DNA from: Eledone cirrhosa
Lineage: Eukaryota
Reading direction: 5' to 3'
Assembly: GCA_964016885.1 (NCBI GenBank)
Contig: OZ024743.1
Coordinates: 278,876,001 to 278,940,000, forward strand
Length of the DNA: 64,000 bases
Shown here: piece after piece, positions 28,584-41,160 of the stretch
How positions within the stretch are numbered: the stretch's first letter is position 1
How the letters are laid out: the number at the start of each line of letters is the position of its first letter
The notes under the pieces: model-generated
Seen by the model: only the letters and a program-made list of their open reading frames with translations
Database searches by the model: none
What the model was told of the DNA's origin: nothing
Translations under genes and position numbers: made by a program

Positions 28584-31352
28584 ATGTGCTCTTTCGGAGA
28601 GGCTTGGATTTCGCCATACGGGTCATCTTCCTGGACGGAGAAGGTAAATTGGTGGTGCTGGATGTGACCGGCAGCGAAGGCAATGCTTTCACGCTAGTAG
28701 CCGCCTACGCCCCAACAGGGACAGGACGGCCAGATTTCTTCAGACGTCTAGAGACCTTTTTTGGAACCTCCCGCTCCTTAAGGTTAGTGGGCGACTGGAA
28801 CGGTATCTTAGATGCACGCTGGGATTATGTGGGGGTAGTAAATAAGGGAGGAGGATGTAAAACTCTCACCAACCCACTCAGACGCTTTCAAGTGTCTGAC
28901 AGGTATCGACTGGATTATCCGACTCTGCCAATGTGGACATGAGCAAACCGAATCGGATCATCCAGATCGTATCTAGATAGGGTATTGTGTAGGGAAACAG
29001 ATAAGGCTAGTGTAGGTTGTCCACAATTTAAATAGTCGGCTGCTCGGACCACAAATTTGTGATCTGTGAAGTCGACTTAGATAGATTTCATATGGAAGGA
29101 CCTGGTTACTGGAAGTTGAACGCGTCTTTCTCGGCGCGCAAAGCTTACATAGACGAGATAAGCGAATTAGTTAAGCGTGCGTTGACGGGTGCGATCGTCA
29201 ACAGCAGGTAGTGGTTTACCCTATAAAGGGTAATTAGAGTAGAATTAATAAGGTTTAAAGATAGAGGAAAATAGAGTAGAAGGAGAACTAGTTAGAAAGC
29301 TAGAAGAGGCGTTTAGAACAGACACCGCAACCGACGTGCTTGCGGCAAGCTTGGCATTCGAACAACTCTTCAATGCAAAAATCACGAAGGCTGCGTTGTC
29401 AGAGCTAGAGCACGTACTCTGAGACAAGAGGGGACAAAAGCTGTCCAATGGGCCCGGGTGGTGGAGGCGCGACGTGGCAACAAAGCTACAATTCAATCCT
29501 TGACTGACCAAAACGAGTACATGGTCCTTGAGGCGGCTGGTTTCGGGCCCATTTTCAGGGGTTGGATCTCTGCGATGCACAGCGACATCTGCTCAGTTAT
29601 GAAGGTGAACGGTCATCTGTCGCAGCCGTTCAGCATCATGCGCTCGGTCCGTCAGTGTTGTTCCCTCTCGTAACTCTTGTACGTATTGGCCCTAGAGCCG
29701 TTACTGCACAAACAGGAGGCGATGAGAGACGTCCCACGCGAATTGAGATGTGGGAGATCCGTATCGGCTTTCGCCGACGACCTAACCGTGGTGGTGTCAA
29801 ACACAGGACATGTCGAGACATGTGCGGCACCGCTTTCAAGGAATATGAAGCAGTGACAGGAGCAGTGTTAAAACAGGAAAAGTCGGTGGGCTTGCAGCTC
29901 AGCACATTGAGAGGCAAGTCCATGCCACCCGACAACGTCGTGGGGCGCTGGACGGAAAGACCGGTTAAATTGCTCGGGGTCTGGTTCGGTCCGGACTTCC
30001 AGATGGAGAAAAACTGGAGTGAGGTGAAGAACAGCGTGGCCTCCCTCACCCAGAAATGGACCGAGAGGAAGCCGTCCCTGAAATGTCAGGCAGAGGTGGC
30101 GAATGCGTCATCGCATCCGTCATCTGCTACCGCCTAACCGTTGTGTCTTCCCCCGGCCCAACTCTGACAAAAATGGAGCGCCTCCTCTTCCTCTTTCTAT
30201 GGAAGAGACGTGCTCTCACGCCGTGGCTGATGATGCGCAAACACGCGCTGAAGCTGTGACATCTCCGGTGCTTCCTTGGCGGTGAACAGGTGTGGCCACC
30301 GTTTGCTAGACGTGTTTTTCCCCAGCTCGTCTCATTAACGGAGCTGCAGCCCTGGATCAAGAAAAGACCGAAGGATAGCGCTTGGAAACTGGAATGTATC
30401 CAAGCGCTCACAGCCTTCTACCAGCTGGGTACTAGTATCGGTGAAACATCCACCTCGGCGTTCTATAGAGGACTAGTGGAGGGGAAGAGCGACGACGTTC
30501 TCGGGCAGACCCTGGTGGTCGAAGACGAGCAGTTGTTCGCTCTCTTCAAGAGAACTTTCATCCCGGGGCCTATGGACAACTTCCAGAAATTCCTGGGCTG
30601 GCAGTGCTACCGGGGAGCGTTGCCGGTTCGAGATAAGCTCTACAGGCACGGTAGTGCCGTCAGACGAAACTGTCCGAGATGCGCACCGAGCGACGCAACA
30701 TTTGTGCACGCACTCGTTCAGTGTCCGAGCATTGCTACGTGTGGAGCTATGTCGAACATTTGCTGTCACGTGTAGGACGGATCCGGTTATCGACTGAGTG
30801 CATTGTGCAGATAGCCCCGTGCCGTCCTCCTTTAAGGAGGTGGAAGGGCAGGCAGTTTTCATCTGCCTGGTGGCCCTGGCGAAAGAGATTGTATGGTGGA
30901 CAAGGTTGAATGGATTGAAGACGGACACTTTCCTCTTCGGCGAATCCCTGATTAACTTTTTGAAATTTCACTTGAAGAGGAACATCAGGGTGGAGAGACA
31001 AGGGCTGACTTCTAGTAGGTTTGTTGAAAGGTGGGTGAAAGTGGCGAGTCTGGTCCGAGTGAACGGGCCCGCTCTAAGTATGCGCCTGTAGACTGAGGAG
31101 TAGAAAACTGTGAGAGGGCGCTTTCCCTGGTGGTCAGGCTGGCCTGGGTCTTTTGTGTGGTTTTCGCCACGAGTGACCCTCGGAAGTTTCCCCCCTATTG
31201 GGGAATTTTTATTGTTTGAATTTTTTTGATATTTTTATCTTCTTGATATAACCTTTTTTACACGGTCAAAACCGACTTTTTATCGTCCTGTACTGTTCTG
31301 TGCCGTCTGTAATGTGTTTCTTCATGTTAGCTCTTGTGGCCAATAAAGAAAC
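28584..31352 (+). mobile_element. Tx1/L1-clade LINE copy A: 5'-truncated, internally deleted ORF2 pseudogene
   Basis: APE motifs YAP, GDWN, YLDR, SDH; RT FADD; C-terminal CPRC..HAL..C. Large deletion near 29515; stops and frameshifts; AATAAA at 31342. Confidence 0.9.
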
Positions 31353-31357
31353 CATTA

Positions 31358-34300
31358 CATCAGATCTTCGCATCTGTTAGCAGGCCGGGAATGCGAGGTG
31401 GGGTGGCAGTGCTGTTTAGGAAAGGACTGGATCTCGAGGTAAAGTCGATCTTCCGGGACCCGTACTGTAAGTTGGTGGTCTTGCATGTGAGCAGTAGCGA
31501 AGGTGGTGCCTTTAGACTGCTGGCCGTCTACGCCCCTACAGGGGCCGGACGACCAGACTTCTTTAGGCGCCTGGAAACCTTTCTGGGTACTTCTCGCCCT
31601 TTACTGTTAGCAGGGGACTGGAATGGCATCTTAGACGCACGCTGGGATTGTGTGGGAGTAGCTGATAGGAGCGGGGTGTGCAAAAGCCTCAAGCACCTAA
31701 TCAGCCAGTTCCAACTGTCTGACAGGTATCGACTAGATTTCCCCAATGCGCCAGTATGGACATGAACCAACCGCATGGGGTCATCTATATCGTATATAGA
31801 CAAGATCTTCATTAGGAAAATAGATAGAAATGGTGTAGGCTGCCCACTTTTCAAAACGGTCGCCTATTCAGATCACAAATTTGTGATCTGTATGTTCGAC
31901 CTAGATAAAACGTGTAGGTTGGGATCGGGTTACGTGAAGCTGAACATGTAATTTCCGGCACGTAAGGCTTACAGGGACCGAGTCAACAATTTAGTTAAGC
32001 AAAGGTTGACAGGGTGGATCATCGAACAGCAGATGGTGGGGAGCTCTCAAAAGAGAGATTTTGAGTAACTTCGATAGAGTTCAGCAAAGAAATAGCGTTA
32101 GAGAAAAATAGATAGGTGGGGGCGCTGGTAGATAAGTTAGACGAGGCTATTTGTAGTGGCATTGCCACTGACGTGCTAGCGGCGAGAATGGCATTAGACC
32201 ATTTCTCAAATGCGAAACACGAAGGCTGCATTGTCAGAGCTAAGGCGTGTGCGCTGAGAAACGAGGGAACCAAAGCTGTTCGATGGGCCCGCGTGGCGGA
32301 GGCGCAGCGTGGTAATAAAACCACAATTCGGTCTTTTGGCGGACCGAGACGGACAGGAGATATGCGATTCCAAGCGGATGTGTGAGGCCTTTCGCCAGCA
32401 CTTTGCTCGGTTGTTCGGGGGGAGTGGCGAGTCAGAGAGGGTAGCAAACTTCAGTCCCTACCTTGATGGCTTGCCGCGCATCTCGACGGTTGACGCTGAG
32501 CGCTGCGAAAGGCCGATTACTTCAGCCGAAATTCAGGACGTCCTTGTCAGCTGCATGAAGCGCAAGTCACCCGGTTTGGATGGCTGGCCCTACAAGCTTT
32601 ACGTAAATATGCCAGACTTTTTCTCCGATCTCCTCAAAGCACTCTACTGCAACTGGCAGCAGAATGGGAGTATTCCCAGTTCTGTGAGCAGGGGAGTGGT
32701 GACGCTGATAAGGAAAGACGAGAACAGAGGGATACATTAGACAACTTCAGGCCCATAACTCTGCTCAAGACAGAGTTTAAGATTTTGGCCAAGGTGTTAG
32801 CAAAGAGATTGGCGCTTGTCGTCGAGGATTTGGTTGGGGTGACGCAAACTTGCGCAATCCCATCCAGGTCCATACACGACAATCTCCACCTCATGCGATA
32901 CATCATAGAGAGGGTAGGGTGTAAACCTGGCTTCGGTGGGGCACTGATCAATTTAGATCAATCGAAAGCATTCGATAGGGTCGACCATCGGTATCTGGAG
33001 TTTGTCCTCAAAGCGGCTGATTTCGGCACTGTCTTCAGAAGCTGGATCGCTGCAATTCGGCTCTCCCGATCGGTCTGTCAAGGGTGCCCTCTCTCTTCCC
33101 TCCTGTACGTATTGACTCTCGAGCTTTTACTGCGGAAGCTGGAGCTGTTTCAGGGAATCCCGCTCGAACCGGGACGTGGAAAGGCGGTGTCGGCTTATGC
33201 GGACGACATCACCGTGATGGGGTCGGATACCTCAGAAATCGAGGTGTTCGGCACCTTATTGAAGGAATATCAAAGGTTGACAGGAGCCAAACTTAACCCG
33301 GAAAAGTCGGTGGGCTTGCAGCTCGGAACCTGGAGAGGCAAGCCTATGCCGTTCAACAGCGTCGTGGGGCGCTGGACGGACGGACCGGTAAAGTTGCTCG
33401 GGGTTTGGTTCGGACCAGACCTCCAGGTGGAAAAGAATTGGGACGAGGTAACGAGCAGAGTAGCCAGTCTCACCCCAAAATGGGCTGGAAGAAAGCTATC
33501 ACTGAAAGGTCGCGCGGAGGTGGCGAATGCATACATCGCGTCCGTCACCTACTACCTCCTGACCATCGTGCTTTGCCCCCGTCCGCGCCTCGTCAAGTTG
33601 GAACGGCACCTGTTCAAATTCTTGTGGATGGGGCAAGTTCCGTTGGTGAGGCGGTCCATCTGCTGCCAGCACCCTCTACGCGGAGGGCTGGGCATGCCCT
33701 GGCTAATGATGCGCAGACATGCGTTGAGGCTGCGACATCTCCATATATTCTGCCTAAACGGCGAACAGTTGTGGTCGCCGTTTATCAGACGGGCCTTTCC
33801 GATGCTCGTTTCTTTGACTAAGCTGCAGTCCTGAGTCAAGAAGAGTCCGAGACTGGGTGAGTGGCACCTGGAATGTTGGCAGGCAGTCACTGCTCTCTAC
33901 CAAGCGGGCAATGCGATCTGTGGAACTTCCATTCTCGAGTTCTATAGAGGATTAGTTGTGGGCAAGTGCGATGACGCACTCGGAGAACCTTTGGGCCTCG
34001 ACGAAGTCGAACTAACCAGTCTGTACCGGAGGACTTTGGAACCAGGGACGATGGGCAATTTCCAGAAATCCCTCGCCTGGCTGTGCTACCGGGGAGCACT
34101 GCCGGTTCGGGATATACTCTACAGGCACGGAAGTGCTGTCAGACGGACATGCCCAAGATGCGAACAGAACGACGAAACCGTTCTGCACGCACCTGTCCAA
34201 TGTCCGTACATTACTGACTTGTGGAGTTATGTCGCGTGTGGAACGAATCCGGCTATCGGCCGAGTCCATAGTGAAGATCAAACCGCCGCCTTCCTTAGGT

Positions 34301-34793
34301 CAGGAAGAGCAGGAAATTTTCCTCTGTCTGGTGGCCGTTGCGAAAGAGGTTATATGGTGGACCAGATTAAAAGGACTGAAGACAGACACTTTTTTCTTCG
34401 GCCAATCCCTCATCAACTTCTACAAGTTTCACCTGGATAGGAAGGTGAGGGTGGAGAGAGAAGTGCTGCTCCCCAGTACATTTGCTAAAAGGTGGATCAC
34501 CATGCGCCTATAGGCTAACTAACTTGAGGAGAGGTGTGCCCTCCGTGGGTGCCCTAGAAGCGCAGGGTGGTTCAGGATTGGTGGGGTACCTCAGTCACCC
34601 CAGCGTCGTCCACCCCCTATCGGGGAATTTATTTTGTTATATTTATGCATAGTTTATTTTATATTTTTATATCTTCATTGTTAAATTAGTCTTGCCTTTG
34701 TGCACTTTTACTCGACCTTATTTTAAACCCCCACTGTCCCTCTCTTTGTATTGTCCCCTACATGTCGGCTCTTGTGGCTAATAAATGAAATCA
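31358..34793 (+). mobile_element. Tx1/L1-clade LINE copy B: 5'-truncated ORF2 pseudogene
   Basis: APE (GGVAVL, YAP, GDWN, SDH), KSPGLDG, FRPITLL, LDQSKAFDRVDH, QGCPLS, YADD, zinc knuckle CPRC..H..C; AATAAA at 34780 then (ATT)n. Confidence 0.92.
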
Positions 34794-34927
34794 TCTTTAT
34801 TAATCTATTATTATTATTATTATTATTATTGTTATTGTTATTCCTTGAATCTCAGTCATTGATGTTGGTTAACTGGAAAGTCCGTTGGATTGAATATCAA
34901 GCCACTACCTGCAGCCTCATAGTATTA

Positions 34928-35262
34928 TAATAAATGTGAAAACTAAAATCCAAAGAGGGCTCGATAAGGATAAATATATATCAAATATATAAGAACCCTA
35001 GAGTAAATATATATTAAAATAACAGATTAAAGTTTAAGGAAAGAATCGTTGCTTTCACCCTTAACGAGATCTTCTGAAACTAAGAAAATCAATCTGTGAA
35101 CACAGAAGTAAATATTTCGAAAAACGTCCCAACCGATGGAAAACGGGAAGATGATACTTTGGTTCGTGAAGACGTTCTCTGGCAAAGAACGGAAAAAAGC
35201 GAAGATAATACGTAGTTATGTGGAACGGTGAGGACAAATACACGCAAAGGCAAAACCACGTT
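34928..35262 (-). mobile_element. PLE-type terminal fragment (same family as 52422-53011 and 20670-20765)
   Basis: Strong similarity to 52325-52680. Confidence 0.7.
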
Positions 35263-35264
35263 TT

Positions 35265-35965
35265 GTGTTCGGCAACCATCGTTGCCCTTTTGTTCAACAC
35301 TGAAAAAGGAACGGTGAAGGCAACGATGATTGCCGAACACTGTACGGCTTAATTCGGGATGTTTCTTTACAAACAAACCAAACATTATAATAAATGTTCG
35401 GTAAACCCATACGTACAATTATATATATGTGCATGTATGTATATACATACTACTGTACGTCTGTATACATATATGTATGTACGTATACATACTTACATTT
35501 AAGTATCAGCCGTACTAAGAGTGAAAAATGAAATTTCATTATTTCCATTTATCGTTTTCGGTACGCCCGGCCGACTAACTCACTGGATATGCAAATTAGG
35601 CTGCTCAGCCGTTAATATGCATAAGGAAAGTATATACTTTCAAACGTTCAATCGACTGACAGGAAGGTATACGGTGCTGATGATAGCTAATAAGCTAGAA
35701 ACTAGTTCATCGTTCCCTTGTCAGTGTTGAACAAAAGGGCAACGATGGTTGCCGAACACCGTACGGCTTAATTCGGGCTGTTTGTTTACAAACAATCCGA
35801 ACATTATAATAAATGTTCGGTAAACCCATACGTACATATGTATATGTGTGCATGTTTGTATATACATACTACTGTACGTCTGTATACATATATGTATGTA
35901 CGTATACATACTTTCATTTAAGTATCAGCCGTACTAAGAGTGAGAAATGAAATTTCATTTTCTCC

Positions 35966-35970
<5 letters not shown>
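35265..35970 (+). mobile_element. Retrozyme/pLTR-like non-coding element: partial tandem of a 419-bp unit with inverted 5' piece
   Basis: 35319-35550 repeats at 35738-35970 (offset 419). 35265-35318 is the reverse complement of 35706-35759. Intact HHR inside; ends at (TA)n. Confidence 0.75.
35671..35713 (+). ncRNA. Minimal type I hammerhead ribozyme
   Basis: ACGGTG-CTGATGA-tagct-aata-agcta-GAAA-ctag-TT^CATCGT: 6-bp stem I, 5-bp stem II, palindromic stem III. Confidence 0.85.
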
Positions 35971-35999
<29 letters not shown>

Positions 36000-36006
<7 letters not shown>

Positions 36007-36580
36007 GTTTGTTAAATTAATCAAATTAAATTAATTCAACAATTAATAAACACGCATAGGAGTAATAGGGTTGTTACCAAAGAGCCAGACGATTGACAAG
36101 GTGACACTAAATATGACTAATAGCTCTAGGAAAACTATGAACCCCACCATATCTTTTTAACTTTCATTTTGAAAGTTGGTTCATAATTATTAATTTTCAT
36201 TATACTCTTGTAGCTGTCTCGGCGGTCTAGTTGGAGGGATCATAGTCGGTGGTGATACTGGTCTGAAATTCGATCCTAGTCGTGAGTAGAGTTCCTGTTA
36301 ACGTTTTCAGTTTTTTTCTATGGGATTTAAAATAAAAACTGAAAAAGTTTACATGTATCTCTTGACTAGGATTGAACCCATGACCAGGAACGCCACCGTC
36401 TCTCGTACCTACTGCTAGGCCACTGAGACAAATAGGAAACTCTTGTGAAAATTCATACATATAAACCTACTTTCAAAATTTTCAAAATGAAATGATGTGT
36501 GGTCGTTCATATCTTTCTTAATGTTATTGCTCCTACTTAATCTCGACTTCTAAATCATTTGGGTGTTCCATAAACTACAT
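36000..36580. mobile_element. Imperfect foldback element with two convergent tRNA-like Pol III units
   Basis: Plus unit 36215-36290 (GGTCTAGTTGG..TTCGATCC) and minus unit 36430-36358 (TGGCCTAGCAG..GGTTCAATCC), each followed by T tracts; flanks are diverged inverted repeats. Confidence 0.6.
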
Positions 36581-37034
36581 CCTCGTTTTGTTTCACACCT
36601 ATCTAGACTATATTTTAACCTGTGATCCTGTTTCATTTCTGTTGCACCTCATTTCTCCCCCCTCTCTCTCTCTTTCTCTTTACTCTTTGAGTTATTTGAA
36701 TCTCCTATGATCTACGAAGACAGTCGAAGAAAATCATTACATCTCCGGTCGTCTCTTACTCAATTATATAATAAGGTTAAAAATACAAATCCATCGCTCA
36801 GAGCGCACACATACGTTAATCATTAAGTTAAAGGAGTATGTGTGGGTAATGATATTTGTATACTGTATACAGCCGGGCTGATAAGTAGGTTCGGCGCTCC
36901 AGTCTGTCTATGATTGACAACATCTTTATGAACCGATGTCTCTATACGTATGCCTCAGTATTTTTGTTCGGATAAATGGCGTTAAGGCAAAACCATTCAA
37001 TGTGGGTTAGGGTTTGGGTTAATGTTAGGGTTAG

Positions 37035-37910
37035 GGCCAAGAGTACATACTGTCGCCTCTGCTGCTCATAATCTTCATGGACAGGATTGACATGCGCAGC
37101 TGGGTTGCAAGTGGTATCATCTTTGGTGGGCATAGTATCAGTCGGCTGTGATTGGAGCTCCACTGAAGAGGCGGGGAGGTTCACGTATCCCGAGGATCTG
37201 TTAACGAGGGAAGGTCAGCAGGAAACTGAATTAAAAGCAAGATTCACAGTAGCTCATGTGTGATCAGAATAAGGATGGTAGTTGTAAATTACAAACCCGC
37301 TATCTTCAATTCGGTATTTATACGAACCCTTACCTATGGAAATTAATCTAATGTATTGCCCAAAAGAATGCAACCGTGAATAAAGCGGCCGAAATGAGGT
37401 CCTTCGAATGGCCTTTGAATTACCGTTACTGGAAAGAGTGCGTAGCTAGCAGATCAAAATGTCACTTCAGTTTGAGTCACTACTTCTAAGAATTGAGAGA
37501 TCACAACTCCGGCATTGCGGATATGGGGGTACAATTGTATCAGGAAAGAATCGCTGGACAGATGTTACGGGCAAATAGGAATGGAAGTATACACAGGTGT
37601 AGATCGTGAGCAAGATAGTTGCATAATATTCATGAGCTTGGCTGGTCTCGCTTGGGTATACAGTCGGATCAATTAGAGACGGTTGCTTCTGACCGGACTT
37701 GCTGGGAGGCGTGTTTGAGGACTCTGCTTCCACGATCATCTCAGGAATAAGTGAGCGACGAAAAAGTTGAAGAAGAAGAAGAAGAAGAAGAAGAAGAAGA
37801 AGAAGAAGAAGAAGAAGAAGAAGAAGAAGAAGAAGAAGAAGAAGAAGAAGAAGAAGAAGAAGAAGAAGAAGAAGAAGAAGAAGAAGAAGAAGAAGAAGAA
37901 GAAGAAGAAG
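37035..37910 (+). mobile_element. 5'-truncated RTE-clade LINE with (GAA)n tail
   Basis: LSPLLLIIFMDRI, IFNSVFIRTLTYG, AAEMR, LLLRIERSQLR, WSRLGI..VASDRTCW; (GAA)n at 37769-37910. Confidence 0.85.
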
Positions 37911-38156
37911 ATTAACGTAAATGTTAGCCCCTCCTTTCTCTTCTTTCCTACGCATAGAATAACTTATCATAATTACTTAAATTTTCTATAGCGTCTAAAA
38001 CAACGTTTTTTCAGCTTTTTTACATAAACCTCATTTGCATACTCATCTTAATTTGAAATATCTGACTTTTCTCTTCCCTTCACTTTCCAGGGATAACTTG
38101 AACCGTTATGGTATATTATCCTTGGTTATGTCAAAATTTATAAAACACACTTCGTA

Positions 38157-38214
38157 TTTTATCTGATGATAGCGTGCCAAAACTTTTGGTACCCTTGAAA
38201 CATATATAATAGAA
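38157..38214 (+). ncRNA. Type I hammerhead ribozyme
   Basis: TTTTAT-CTGATGA-tagc-gtgccaaaa-c-ttttggtac-cctt-GAAA-catata-TA^ATAGAA, then AATAAA; paralog at 54511. Confidence 0.7.
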
Positions 38215-39444
38215 TAAATATGGTTTTATAAATAGAGTTTCCATTTATTTAATATCATTGTATATTATACTCCAGAAAACTGTTGAGTGCTCTGAATCAG
38301 TTATAAACATTTATATTTGTTGAATTACCAACAAATTGAATATCCCTTCTGCTTATATATATATATTTACATATACAAACAAGGATGGCGTATTATTATG
38401 ATTGGTATTTGTTTCTTGTTTGTTCCTCCTCAACGAATCCCTCTGAACTCTTGTGTTATCGAGAGGCGGCAGGTTTGTCGCTGCTTCCAGAAATGGTGTT
38501 ATATCCATGTGGATAATGCTAATTCTATATATTAGGAAACACCCTGTACCGGTAGCGTGTATTTCTATGAAACAAGGTAAACCTTGCTTAACATATGAAA
38601 CTAATATTTATCTAATTACAAAACCCTTTTATTCTCTTTTGCAATAGACTCATTATCTTGAAAAATTTTGGAATAATATTTTGGAATAATATACTAAATT
38701 CATAATGGTATAAACGTTTTTCGGATCTGATTTTGAAAGAATTGGTATCACTGCGTTTGAGACCTATCTTTCAAATACCACATTTTGTTTTCTTACTCTT
38801 CTATTTTTTGTCAAGACACGTCACTGCACTTCATATTAAACATGTAAAGTTAAACATTCAGCTGTGTGCTTCACTAGTACGCTTTGCAACTATATGATCT
38901 CAAGTTCGATAAAACTGAGCCGCATTCTGAGCAAACCGTGCCTTTTACTACATTTTCGTGTTGAACGAAGATTTGTGAGTGAAATTTGTAAAGCAAACAA
39001 TGTAAGTATCTGTGAGCTCCTCTTGCTGACGAGTAGGCTAAATATATGGTCGGATTTATCACCTCTTTTAAAACGTTTGGGTATGATTTGAGGGAGTATG
39101 AGCGACAAGATTGAAGCTTCGTTTTTGACTGACGATATATATTATCCCCCTGTTTTCGGTGGTGCTAGTGTTGTTTAGATTCATGTCAGCCAGGTTGAAC
39201 AAAGCATTACATGCGTCACATTTCAGTCTTTTTCCTAAGTTTTGAAATATCTAAGCTATATTCTGATAGCAAAGCTTCATTAACTTTATAATTTCATTAA
39301 CTTTCAAATATTTTAATTAAATTTTTAATTTCAACTTTAATATTTTTTAACCATTTTATCTTTTAACTATCTAATTAATTACTTTAACTTGTTAACTATG
39401 TTAATATGTTAATCAACTCTTTTAATTATTTTTCAATAATCACC

Positions 39445-39660
39445 TACAATGGTACGCCAGAAGCAGTGGAGCGTTCAACGAAAGAGCAATCATCATTTAA
39501 ATTTCTCCCACGTTGATCTGAGTTCAAATCCCGCCGAGATTTACTTGGTTGTACACTCGAGGTTCGAGGAAATTAAACAGCCTAATCGCACTGGGAGTAG
39601 GTTTAATCGACTGTAAACATTCCTTATAAATTTATGATCGTGGGTTAAAGAAAGAAATCA
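39445..39660 (+). mobile_element. Old family A SINE
   Basis: CTGAGTTCAAATCCCGCCGAG B box plus diverged core. Confidence 0.6.
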
Positions 39661-39834
39661 TGAATTTTAATACTTAATACAGTATGAAGTCAGCGAATAT
39701 TCAGTCATTAAGGCGTCGGAATAAAATGGTTTCGATATGTATTCCGGCTCAATACGCACGAATTTAAAATCATGCTGGGGTCACCTTTGCCTTTCATCTT
39801 ATCAAGCTCGATACACAAATTGCCAATCCAGTAA

Positions 39835-40170
39835 TGGTGTCGATTTTCCCTCAAAGCACCCCTACCATCACCATCAACAACTATAAGCTGGAGGTAGTCC
39901 ACGAATTCATCTACCTCAGCTCTAGCATCACTGATAACTCTCCCCTAATCCTAAGATCAGTAGGAGAGTTGGACGAGCAGCCGCCACAGGCTGACGAAGA
40001 GAGTCTGAGAGAAGAGAAAACTAACTGCAAACACGAAGATTGCTGTCAACAAGGCGTGTGTCATCATCATATGATTGTACTGCCGCGAGACATAGAACTT
40101 TTACTCCAGACATGAGCAGTGCCACAATGTCTTTCACCTTCCTATCCTGAGACGCATTTTGGACATATAC
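39835..40170 (+). mobile_element. RTE-BovB-like LINE RT C-terminal fragment
   Basis: ITINNYKLEVVHEFIYLSSSIT, KLTANTKIAVNKACV, FHLPILRRIL. Confidence 0.75.
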
Positions 40171-40771
40171 ATAGAGAGACAGTAATATAATATTGCATCA
40201 GACATATTCAAGGTATGTGTATTTGCGGAGGTTGAGATCAGCGTAGAACACTGAAATATTATATTACTATTTCATCAAACAGGAACAGCATTACACTCAC
40301 TGACCATTAACATATATACAGAAATAAAAGCGGCATCTGATACGACTATTACCAATGAACATTGGCCAAAGAATGATATGTGCATAATTAAAGATATGGG
40401 CAACCGACTACTACCACCTCCACTGCGGCAACCTATACCACTACTACCAACTCTATCCCAGCCTCACTGGCATTACTACCACACCACTCCATTACTCTGC
40501 CCATACTACATTTTCCCTCTGGCTAACACTTTTAGAATTTAACCACTCTGTCGCTATCCCATCTCCACTGCGGCCACTACTACCATAATCAATAATTAAA
40601 AAAAAAACCACCTCTCCGACAATACCACCATCACTACCACAAAATTTCAACCGTAAACACCAGTTCAAGAACCATATAACCACCCCCAATACAGTACTAC
40701 CCTCAATATGTATAACTACCACCATCTAATTCTAACTATGACAAATAGCCTTTAATTCTGCTACCACGAAG

Positions 40772-41160
<389 letters not shown>

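Noticed and set aside
32785-33834. 349-aa RT ORF as a functional gene
   Set aside because: Fragment of a frameshifted, 5'-truncated LINE with an internal deletion near 33055 and a premature stop.
34765-34781. Resemblance of the Tx1 3' end (TCGGCTCTTGTGGCTAA) to U2 snRNA stem-loop I
   Set aside because: Only ~17 nt with an indel and no further U2 sequence; more likely the element's own 3' signal.
36215-36430. Functional tRNA genes
   Set aside because: A/B boxes are present but no convincing cloverleaf or acceptor stem could be folded.
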